In this document: positions 5,013 through 12,629 of the stretch, piece after piece
Layout: the number at the start of each line of letters is the position of its first letter
How positions within the stretch are numbered: position 1 is the first letter of the stretch
Assembly (NCBI GenBank): GCA_903840375.1
Contig: CAIMFR010000008.1
Span: 1-39,176, forward strand
DNA: 39,176 nucleotides
Direction of reading: 5' to 3'
Source: Candidatus Adlerbacteria bacterium
GTDB lineage: Bacteria; Patescibacteriota; Minisyncoccia; Phycocordibacterales; SBAW01
The notes under the pieces: generated by a model
The model's input: the letters and a program-made list of their open reading frames with translations, nothing else
Told to the model about the DNA's origin: nothing
Databases searched by the model: none
Translations under genes and position numbers: made by a program

Positions 5013-8000
5013 ATGGCAGAACCTGAGAAAGTTGTTGAAAAAGGCGAGGTAGCCTTGCGCGAGGAGGAGACTCTGGCCTTTTGGATAAAAGAGAAGATCT
5101 TCGAGAAGTCTTTGACTAAAGATGCACCTAAGGGTGATTTTGTCTTCTACGATGGGCCGCCTTTCGCTACAGGTTTGCCGCACACCGGTTCTCTGTTGGC
5201 ATCGGTCATCAAAGATGTTGTGCCGCGCTACAAGACGATGCGCGGTTTTCGCGTGCCACGCAAATGGGGGTGGGATTGCCACGGTTTGCCGGTTGAGAGT
5301 CTCATAGAAAAGCAGCTCAATCTCAAAACTAAAAAAGACATCGAGAAGATCGGCGTCGACACATTTAACGAAGCTGCGCGCGCGTCGGTGCTTAAGTTCG
5401 TCGACGATTGGGAAAAATATGTCAGCCGCGTCGGTCGCTGGGTTGATTTCAAAAATTCATATAAGACGATGGACAACTCGTACATCGAGAGCGTGTGGTG
5501 GACGTTGAAACGGCTCAACGGGAAAAAACTTTTGTACGAAGGCAAGAAAGTTTTGATGTACTGCGTACACTGCGAGACACCTCTTGCCAAGGCGGAGATC
5601 GCGATGGACAACACATACAAGATGATCACTGAGGAAGCTGTCACGGTGAAGTTCAAGATGAAAAATCAGGAGAAGCGCGGCATTCCGGCGAACGCATACA
5701 TTCTAGCGTGGACGACGACGCCATGGACTTTGCCCGGCAACGTCGCACTTGCGGTCAACCCCACTATCCCGTATGTGTTGGTGCAGAAAGGTGATGAATA
5801 TTTGATGGTGGCGAAGGAGAGGGTGAGCGCTGTGTTTGGTGGCGGCGGCGGCGTGGAAAAACTTCCTTCTGAAAATGGTCTGGCGTCAAGCCGACCGTCT
5901 TCGGTCGGTGTTGGCGAGAACCGAGGACCTTTTCAGAAGGAAGTTTTCCCCGACGTCGTGTCCGACGTCGTGTCCGAATTCCTCGGCAAAGAACTCATTG
6001 GCGCGGAGTATGAGCCTCTTTATACGGTGCCGGCAATCGCGAACACGAAGGGCAAAAAATACGTTGTCGTCGGAGCGGATTTCGTATCGACAGAAGACGG
6101 CACTGGGGTTGTACATATCGCGCCGATGTATGGCGAAGACGACTTTGCTGTTGGTAAAAAAGAAGGGTTGCCGATGGTGCAGCTCCTCTTACCGAACGGC
6201 AATTACACCGACCTCGTGCCGGAATTTCTGCGCGGACTATATCTCAAAGCCGGAAGCAAGTTTATCAAAGAAGACTTGGAGAAACGCGGTATTTTGTTCG
6301 GACGCGCGCCGCATTCACACTCATATCCGCACTGCTACCGCTGTGGCACACCGCTCATCTACAATGCGGTTGTGTCGTGGTTTATCAACATCCAGAAAGT
6401 GAAGAGCCGTATGCTCGCCGAGAATGAAAAGATCACGTGGGTACCGGAACATCTCAAGCACGGGCGCTTCAAACACAATGTCGAAACTGCGCCGGACTGG
6501 ACCATTTCGCGCAACCGTTTTTGGGCATCGCCGTTGCCTATATGGAAAGAGAAGGGTGGTGACGGGTTGATGGTCGTCGGCTCGCTCGACGAACTGCTTG
6601 TAAAGACGAAACATTCCGGCAATACATATTTTGTCATGCGGCATGGCGAGGCGCAGGCGAACCTGAAAGATATTTTTGAAACGAAAGGTGATGTGACCAA
6701 TCATCTCACAGAGACAGGTAAGGAACAGGCTCGCACAAGCGCTGAGTGGTTGAAGAAACATGGGCCGATCGATCTTATCGTACATTCGCCGTTGGTGCGT
6801 ACACGCGAGACTGCTTATATTGCGCAAAAAGTTCTCGGGCTCACTGACTCCGCGATGATGGTAGATGAAAGGTTGCGTGAGATGGGTGTCGGTATCCTCG
6901 AAGGCAAAACATTCGATGAGTGGGATAAATATTTCGACGCACCGCTCGAGCAGTTCACCAAGCGTGCGATCGAGGGCGCGGAAACATTCACCGACATTCG
7001 TCGCCGCGTGGGCGCATTTCTATTCGAAATAGACAAACGATACTCCGGCAAAAATATTCTTATCGTGACGCACGAATGTCCGGGTTGGCTTCTCAATGCT
7101 GTTGCGTCGCGACAGAGTATTGGAGAGTGTATGGAAGATCGCGTACAGCACGGCGGATTTCTTACTCGCGGCCAAGTGAAGCCTCTTTCATTCGCATCCT
7201 TCCCTCATAATGCAAACTTCGAGCTCGACCTCCATCGCCCGTACATTGATGCAGTAACACTTTTTGACAAAGCGGGGCGCGCGTACGAACGCATTCCGGA
7301 AGTTATAGACTGCTGGGTGGAGTCCGGCGCGATGCCGTTCGCCTCTGCTGGTTATCCGAAGAACAAAAAAACGATCAATCCTATTCGCTGGTTCGGACTC
7401 GCACCGAAAGGGTATCCGGGCGACTTTATTGCGGAGTACATCGCACAGACGCGCACGTGGTTCTATTATATGCACGCGCTCGGCATTCTGCTTTTTAACA
7501 AACGAGCATTCAACACTGTGGTCTCGACGGGTACGTTGCTTGCGTCTGATGGTGCGAAGATATCGAAGTCGAAAGGGAATTATACCGACCCGATGCTTCT
7601 CATGGATCGCTTCGGTGCGGACGCATTCAGGTTTCATTTGATGGGCAGCGTCGTGATGCAGGCGGAGGATCTCCAGTTCAAAGACGAAGATGTTCGCGAG
7701 GTGCACAACCGCGTTGTCGGCATGATCTGGAATTCATACAAGTTTTATGAATTATACAAAGCGAGTTACAGCGGAAAGGTGCGGAGTTCGGACAGTCCTC
7801 ATGTGCTCGATCGGTGGATTCGCGCACGGCTCGCCGACGTTGCGTTACAGACCACACAGGGGATGGATGCGTTCAATACGCCGAGCGTGTGCCGCGTCTT
7901 GCGCGAGTTCGTCGATGATTATTCGACTTGGTACTTGCGCCGTTCGCGCGCGCGGGTGAAGACTGACACGGAGGACAAGCAGTTCGCACTTGCGACGCAG

Positions 8001-8630
8001 CACGATGTGCTGATCGCGTTGGCAAAACTTACAGCTCCGCTGATGCCGTTCCTCGCGGAAAATGTGTACCGCGGCGTCGGCGGAGACATGGAGAGTGTTC
8101 ATCTCGATGTGTGGCCGGACTCGTGGGAGTTCCTCGCCGATGCGGTATTGCTTGAGAAAATGAAGCATACGCGCGCCACCGTGTCGCAAGCGCTCGACTT
8201 GCGTGAACGTGCGAATATAAAGGTTCGCCAGCCGCTCGCGGCGCTTTACCTGCCGCGCACTATTGACCTAGCAAGCGAGTTGGAATTGCTCGCGCTCATA
8301 AAAGATGAAGTAAATATAAAAAATATAGAGTTCACCGATGATGCGGATATGCGCCTCGACACTAGTATCACTCCGGAGTTGAAAGAGGAGGGAACGGTGC
8401 GCGACATCGTCCGTCAGATCCAAGACTTCCGCAAAAAAGAAAAACTCACCATAGATGCGCGTCCGTCGATCACCATAACCACCAACAAAGAAGGCGAAGC
8501 ATTTTTCAAAAAACAAAAAGAAGTCCTAATAAAAGAAACCGGCTTGGCAAAACTGTCGGTCAACGTTTCTTCGGAAGAAGCCACAGCACAAAGTCTGCAA
8601 TTCCCGGTTGTGATCGCTTTGGAGAAGTAA
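5013..8630 (+). CDS. ileS: isoleucyl-tRNA synthetase (type 2 / eukaryote-like) with an inserted histidine-phosphatase domain and a foldback insertion
   Basis: Motifs seen: PPFATGLPHTGS (HIGH position), WGWDCHGLPVE, TTTPWTLPGN, DWTISRNRFWASPLPIW, DLHRPYID, DCWVESGAMP, KISKSKGN (KMSKS), and a C-terminal anticodon-binding region. ATG 5013 is the likely start; GTG 4995 is possible. Confidence 0.93.
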   Translation: MAEPEKVVEKGEVALREEETLAFWIKEKIFEKSLTKDAPKGDFVFYDGPPFATGLPHTGSLLASVIKDVVPRYKTMRGFRVPRKWGWDCHGLPVESLIEKQLNLKTKKDIEKIGVDTFNEAARASVLKFVDDWEKYVSRVGRWVDFKNSYKTMDNSYIESVWWTLKRLNGKKLLYEGKKVLMYCVHCETPLAKAEIAMDNTYKMITEEAVTVKFKMKNQEKRGIPANAYILAWTTTPWTLPGNVALAVNPTIPYVLVQKGDEYLMVAKERVSAVFGGGGGVEKLPSENGLASSRPSSVGVGENRGPFQKEVFPDVVSDVVSEFLGKELIGAEYEPLYTVPAIANTKGKKYVVVGADFVSTEDGTGVVHIAPMYGEDDFAVGKKEGLPMVQLLLPNGNYTDLVPEFLRGLYLKAGSKFIKEDLEKRGILFGRAPHSHSYPHCYRCGTPLIYNAVVSWFINIQKVKSRMLAENEKITWVPEHLKHGRFKHNVETAPDWTISRNRFWASPLPIWKEKGGDGLMVVGSLDELLVKTKHSGNTYFVMRHGEAQANLKDIFETKGDVTNHLTETGKEQARTSAEWLKKHGPIDLIVHSPLVRTRETAYIAQKVLGLTDSAMMVDERLREMGVGILEGKTFDEWDKYFDAPLEQFTKRAIEGAETFTDIRRRVGAFLFEIDKRYSGKNILIVTHECPGWLLNAVASRQSIGECMEDRVQHGGFLTRGQVKPLSFASFPHNANFELDLHRPYIDAVTLFDKAGRAYERIPEVIDCWVESGAMPFASAGYPKNKKTINPIRWFGLAPKGYPGDFIAEYIAQTRTWFYYMHALGILLFNKRAFNTVVSTGTLLASDGAKISKSKGNYTDPMLLMDRFGADAFRFHLMGSVVMQAEDLQFKDEDVREVHNRVVGMIWNSYKFYELYKASYSGKVRSSDSPHVLDRWIRARLADVALQTTQGMDAFNTPSVCRVLREFVDDYSTWYLRRSRARVKTDTEDKQFALATQHDVLIALAKLTAPLMPFLAENVYRGVGGDMESVHLDVWPDSWEFLADAVLLEKMKHTRATVSQALDLRERANIKVRQPLAALYLPRTIDLASELELLALIKDEVNIKNIEFTDDADMRLDTSITPELKEEGTVRDIVRQIQDFRKKEKLTIDARPSITITTNKEGEAFFKKQKEVLIKETGLAKLSVNVSSEEATAQSLQFPVVIALEK
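5855..5949 (+). repeat. in-frame foldback element B inside the ileS editing-domain region
   Basis: A perfect 18-nt inverted repeat, 5858-5875 and 5930-5947 (90 nt = 30 codons), is extended by GG/CC after a bulged A. The core 5876-5929 contains TGGTCTGGC, GCCGACCG and GAGAACCGAGGACC, identical to element A. An inner 13-bp hairpin with a UCUU loop spans 5885-5915. Confidence 0.8.
5951..5974 (+). repeat. perfect 12-nt tandem duplication (CGACGTCGTGTC x2) in ileS
   Basis: Read directly from the sequence. It encodes DVVS-DVVS and begins 2-4 nt after element B ends. Confidence 0.9.
6621..7215 (+). other. histidine-phosphatase (phosphoglycerate-mutase-like, branch 1) domain embedded in IleRS
   Basis: The segment reads YFVMRHGEAQAN ... 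HSPLVRTRETA ... ERLREMGVGILEG ... ILIVTHECPG. These are the RHG motif, second Arg, acid/Glu region and distal His of the superfamily. IleRS motifs PLPIW (upstream) and DLHRPYID (downstream) flank it in the same frame. Confidence 0.85.
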
Positions 8631-9230
8631 ATGCACAAGATTTTTGTTACCAACGGCATTGTGCTGTGGAAGCGCGGAGTGGGGGAGGCTAACACGCAAG
8701 TTGCCATTCTCACCGACGAACTCGGGCTGGTACGCGTGTCGGCGCGGAGCGCGCGGCTTTGGCGATCGAAATTGCGCTACGGGCTTGAACCGCTCACTCG
8801 TGCGCGATTTTCTCTTGTGCGTGGTCGACATGAATGGAAGCTGACTGGTGTCGAGCGCGTCTCGCGTGACTATGTCATGTTGCGGGAATGTTCGCCGTCA
8901 TCGGTGCAGAACGTTCAAGCGATAGCACGTGTCGCGCGATTATTATTACGCCTCATTCATGGTGAAATGCCGATGGGCGAATTGTTCGCATCCGTGACTG
9001 CGGGGTTTGATCATATTTCCAATGCAGACTCTGTAGAAAATGTTGAAGCCTCCGAGTGTCTGCTCGTGTTGCGCATTCTCCACCATCTCGGCTACATTCC
9101 GCATACCAACACCCTTACCCCGTTTCTCTCGGATGATTCCTTTTCCGAAGATGTAATTTTGCAGGCAGTGGGATCACGTTCGCTCCTAATAATAACCATT
9201 AACAATGCTATTGCTGAGACGGGACTGTGA
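8631..9230 (+). CDS. recO: DNA repair protein RecO (short form)
   Basis: N-terminal OB-fold pattern: GIVLWKRGVGEANTQVAILTDELGLVRVSARSAR...LEPLTRARFSLV. The ATG directly abuts the ileS stop codon. Confidence 0.8.
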   Translation: MHKIFVTNGIVLWKRGVGEANTQVAILTDELGLVRVSARSARLWRSKLRYGLEPLTRARFSLVRGRHEWKLTGVERVSRDYVMLRECSPSSVQNVQAIARVARLLLRLIHGEMPMGELFASVTAGFDHISNADSVENVEASECLLVLRILHHLGYIPHTNTLTPFLSDDSFSEDVILQAVGSRSLLIITINNAIAETGL

Positions 9231-9269
9231 TCTTGTTGGATTGTCTTTTTAAGGTGTTATACTCTACGT

Positions 9270-11225
9270 ATGGCGTTCGAGAAGCGGGATATTGTTGACC
9301 GACTGAAGATGAAACTTTACGCGCGCATAGGTTCGCCTGTGTTCGATATAAAAAAGCGCACGCCGCTACCGCAACCCAAAGAAAACGTGCCCGTGCAATG
9401 GGAAGGTGGTAATCCTCCGACAACTTCAGGCGCAGAACCGGAACAAAAATTGCTTTCGCAACTACCACGATCTATGGCAAAAAAGCATCGTTCATTTGCA
9501 ACAAAATTCTTTATAGGTTCAGTTGTCTTTTTCTTGGCAGCTCTTGCTGTTGCTGCGTATCTCTTTTTCGCGGGAGGAAATACCATTTCGCCGCAGAACA
9601 TAGATATGCAGGTTGTGATGCCTTCGCTTGTGGACAGCGGCAAAGAGGCATCATTCGACGTCATTATAGGCAACAGAAATCCAGCACCACTCCAGCTGGT
9701 CGACCTGATCATCGACTACCCGAGCGGTACGCGCGATGCTCAGAACAATGTGCTTGCGCACGTACGACAGAGTATCGGCACTATCGCCTCCGGCGAACAG
9801 TTGAAACGCACGGCGAGTGCCGTTTTCTACGGGCAGGAGGGAACACAGCAGAAGATCACTGCGACACTCGAGTACAGTGTTGTGGGTTCGAATGCGATCT
9901 TCCAAAAAACGGCGGATGTTTCTTTCGCGATAGGATCATCACCCATTTCCATAACGGTCAACGCGCCGACAGAGGCTATTTCCGGACAGACTTTCCCGAT
10001 CGATGTTGTTGTGCAGAGCAATCTCACAACTACCTTGCAAGGTGTTGCGATACAGGGTCAGTATCCGTTCGGCTATACGGTGGAGAGCTCGACTCCTCTC
10101 GCAGAGGCGGGTAATACGTTGTGGAGGCTCGGCACTCTTGCACCAGGCGCATCACGAACATTACATCTTACGGGTTCGGTGGACGGACAGGACGGCGACA
10201 GTAAAGTATTCCGATTCATCGCAGGCACAGGTATTGCGTCCACTGATACGACTATCGCACTGCCTATCCTTGTCGTGCCGTACACCACGATCGTGCGTCA
10301 GCCGTTTATCACCGCAATACTCACCGTCGATAGTCAGACAGGTAAAACCGTATCTGCGCAACCCGGCGAGCCGGTCACAGGGACGATCACATGGAAAAAC
10401 AATTTGCCGGATTCTGTTTCCGATGTGAGTATTGTTCTGTCTCTAACTGGTCCGATAGTGGATAAAAGCACAGTTACTTCCGCGAACGGGTTTTACCAGT
10501 CGTCCGATTCAACCCTGACATGGTCAAAGGATCAGGAACAAAACTTTGCACAGATAGCGCCGGGAGAAACGGGCACGCTCTCATTCTCCTTCTCGCCGCT
10601 TGTCCCTGGTGCCAGCGGAGTCGTGTACATGAATCCGACGGCAGAGCTCGGGTTGACCATTAAAGGAACGCGGCAAAGCGAAACCAATGTGCCGGAACAA
10701 GTATCTTCCGCGGCGTCTACAGAGGTTCAATTTGCATCAGCAGTTTCCGTCGATGCGAAAGCTGTGCACTTTTCCGGTCCGTTCGTTAACAGCGGTCCGA
10801 TGCCGCCAGTTGCAGAACAGCCGACGACATATTCTGTCGTGTGGACGGTAAAAAATTCCTCAAACGCGGTCGCGAATACAACAGTTTCGACAGTGTTGCC
10901 GCCGTATGTGAATTTTGTCACTACAACTGCCGGCAATGGCATCAGTTACGACGCATCGAGTCGGACAGTCACATGGAATATCGGTAATTTTGGCGCAGGG
11001 GTTGGTTACAGTTCGCAGGCTCAATCATCATCGTTCCAGCTATCCCTCTCGCCAAGCTCTTCGCAGATAGGTAATTCGGTTACGCTTACCGGCCTGACAA
11101 CTTTGTCCGGCGAGGATCGTTTCGCGCAAGTCCAAGTTCAGGCGTCGGCCAATGTGCTGACCACAGACCTTTCCTCATCGGATACTAATTTTCTATCAGG
11201 CATGGAAAAAGTCGTGGGGAAGTAA
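9270..11225 (+). CDS. membrane-anchored extracellular protein with repeated beta-sandwich-like modules (hypothetical)
   Basis: 651-aa ORF with a single TM helix (FFIGSVVFFLAALAVAAYLFFA). It is followed by long S/T/V/G-rich segments with recurring ...G(E/Q)...F.V.V.N.G-type strands. Confidence 0.75.
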   Translation: MAFEKRDIVDRLKMKLYARIGSPVFDIKKRTPLPQPKENVPVQWEGGNPPTTSGAEPEQKLLSQLPRSMAKKHRSFATKFFIGSVVFFLAALAVAAYLFFAGGNTISPQNIDMQVVMPSLVDSGKEASFDVIIGNRNPAPLQLVDLIIDYPSGTRDAQNNVLAHVRQSIGTIASGEQLKRTASAVFYGQEGTQQKITATLEYSVVGSNAIFQKTADVSFAIGSSPISITVNAPTEAISGQTFPIDVVVQSNLTTTLQGVAIQGQYPFGYTVESSTPLAEAGNTLWRLGTLAPGASRTLHLTGSVDGQDGDSKVFRFIAGTGIASTDTTIALPILVVPYTTIVRQPFITAILTVDSQTGKTVSAQPGEPVTGTITWKNNLPDSVSDVSIVLSLTGPIVDKSTVTSANGFYQSSDSTLTWSKDQEQNFAQIAPGETGTLSFSFSPLVPGASGVVYMNPTAELGLTIKGTRQSETNVPEQVSSAASTEVQFASAVSVDAKAVHFSGPFVNSGPMPPVAEQPTTYSVVWTVKNSSNAVANTTVSTVLPPYVNFVTTTAGNGISYDASSRTVTWNIGNFGAGVGYSSQAQSSSFQLSLSPSSSQIGNSVTLTGLTTLSGEDRFAQVQVQASANVLTTDLSSSDTNFLSGMEKVVGK

Positions 11226-11297
11226 TCGTTTTTCCATCTATCGACAAAGAGTAGGAATCATGTAGGCTTGCAATGGCAGTATTCATGGGAGGAAACC

Positions 11298-11840
11298 ATG
11301 TTAGTTTCTCTAAGGAAAGATGATCCCGTACCTGTTCCGGAGTTGGTCGCGGCAAGTCTTGAGCCTGTCGGCACTGTTGCAGTTCAAGCAATAGGCCGTT
11401 TCAAGGTCGCTGATTGGTATGGGGGCAAAGAGATCGCTCCCATCACTGACATTAACGACAGGTTCAAGACGCTCCTTTTCGGTGTCACTGAGGAACCTGT
11501 CGATGCTATGTCACTGAATATAAGCCGGTTGACGGGTCCGTCACATGATCCTCCGATCATGCTCGCGCTCGGCACAGGAAAACCGTGTGGAAAGTATGAA
11601 GTGACGCTCGGGCAGTTTCAGTACGCTCTCCCCGTCATTAGCATGTCCGCATATAAAGAAGGGGACGAAGATGATCCTGTGCCGTTGGTGGACGACGGAT
11701 TCACAGTCTTCGGATATGTGGAAGTGGGTGGTGTCATATGCACCGTGAGTGCAAAGTGGCACGACGGATGGCAAATAGGAGAGTATCCTGTTCCGTCTCA
11801 ATACGAATGGCCGGACGGATTCTATGTCCTGCATCGGTGA
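11298..11840 (+). CDS. hypothetical protein (180 aa)
   Basis: GGGAGG at 11287-11292 lies 5 nt before ATG 11298. A clean terminator follows. I recognised no motif. Confidence 0.65.
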   Translation: MLVSLRKDDPVPVPELVAASLEPVGTVAVQAIGRFKVADWYGGKEIAPITDINDRFKTLLFGVTEEPVDAMSLNISRLTGPSHDPPIMLALGTGKPCGKYEVTLGQFQYALPVISMSAYKEGDEDDPVPLVDDGFTVFGYVEVGGVICTVSAKWHDGWQIGEYPVPSQYEWPDGFYVLHR

Positions 11841-11858
11841 GCTTTTCAAGCTGTTGTG

Positions 11859-11891
11859 GCCCTCCTAACCATGGAGGGCTTTTACTTTTTT
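11859..11891 (+). terminator. intrinsic terminator
   Basis: Stem GCCCTCC (11859-11865) / GGAGGGC (11873-11879), followed by TTTTACTTTTTT. Confidence 0.8.
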
Positions 11892-11976
11892 AGATGCGGC
11901 GATAAAGCCCTCTTGTGTATTAAAAGTATTGAAGTATTGTCTTTTTGGCAGAACAAAATGAAAACAGGAGTTCGCA

Positions 11977-12472
11977 ATGACAAGTATTCGTTTGGCTGTC
12001 TTCGATTGGGATGGGCACGCTGGTCGACAGCGGTCCACAGGCGTATGAGGCGTTATGCTCAGTCTTCCGGAGTTGTGGCATAGTACCTCCACCCATAGAA
12101 ATATATCTTGCGGAAATACAGCTCAATAGCAACGACTTCATGGTCTTCTATCGGAAATACGGCGTGCCGCAGAGCGTGACAAATGTCGGCGTTAGTTCGC
12201 TTAAGATCGAGCATCTTATCGACAAGGTCACGACAAATGCTGTAGACAAGGCCGCAGCGCTGCTCGACTGTTCAAAATATTTCGGTATCTCTCCCAGACT
12301 ATCTGTGTATGTCGACGACACCTTTGCGGGTATCTCGGCAGCAAAGGAAGCGGGGTTCATCGCTGTTGCAATTCTCGGGGGATACAACGACAGGGCGAGG
12401 CTCGAGTCTGCAAATCCGGATCACATTATCGAGTCTATGGAAGAATTGCCGGCACTGCTCGCAAGGCTTTGA
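11977..12472 (+). pseudogene. HAD-superfamily hydrolase (phosphatase-like), frameshifted and apparently truncated
   Basis: AGGAG at 11966-11970 precedes ATG 11977, giving MTSIRLAVFDWDG. The frame then breaks within GGGC at 12013-12016. The +1 frame continues TLVDSGPQAYE...YVDDTFAGISAAKEAGF (HAD motifs I and III/IV). I found no clear motif II segment. Confidence 0.6.
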
Positions 12473-12498
12473 AGGTTTCCCGCATCGGTAACTCACTA

Positions 12499-12528
12499 AA
12501 CCCTCCTATTTTTCGGAGGGTTGTTTTT
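12499..12528 (+). terminator. intrinsic terminator after the HAD gene
   Basis: Stem AACCCTCC / GGAGGGTT with an 8-nt loop, followed by GTTTTT. Confidence 0.75.
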
Positions 12529-12562
12529 ATCCACTAATTTCGCATATGCGAAATTAGTGGAT
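12529..12562. promoter_or_regulatory. perfect 34-nt palindrome upstream of glyQS (candidate operator or structure)
   Basis: ATCCACTAATTTCGCAT|ATGCGAAATTAGTGGAT has 17-nt arms with no spacer and no mismatch. The left arm together with the two preceding T's (12527-12535) reads TTATCCACT, matching a DnaA box at 8 of 9 positions. Confidence 0.5.
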
Positions 12563-12629
12563 GTTTTGCCTTGCTGTAAAAAATAAAAAATCAGTGTACT
12601 ATGTCGATATGGAACAGGGGAATGATTTG

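Noticed and set aside
11856-12141. Three ORFs of 73-75 aa on both strands around the terminator and HAD gene start
   Set aside because: They overlap the terminator hairpin and the better-supported, SD-led HAD reading frames, and none has a motif.
12529-12562. The 34-nt palindrome as a dif (XerC/D) site, given that ftsK is in the window
   Set aside because: dif sites have two 11-bp arms separated by a 6-bp asymmetric spacer, with a conserved TTATGTTAAAT-like XerD arm. This sequence is perfectly symmetric, and its resemblance to the arms disappears once a spacer is imposed.
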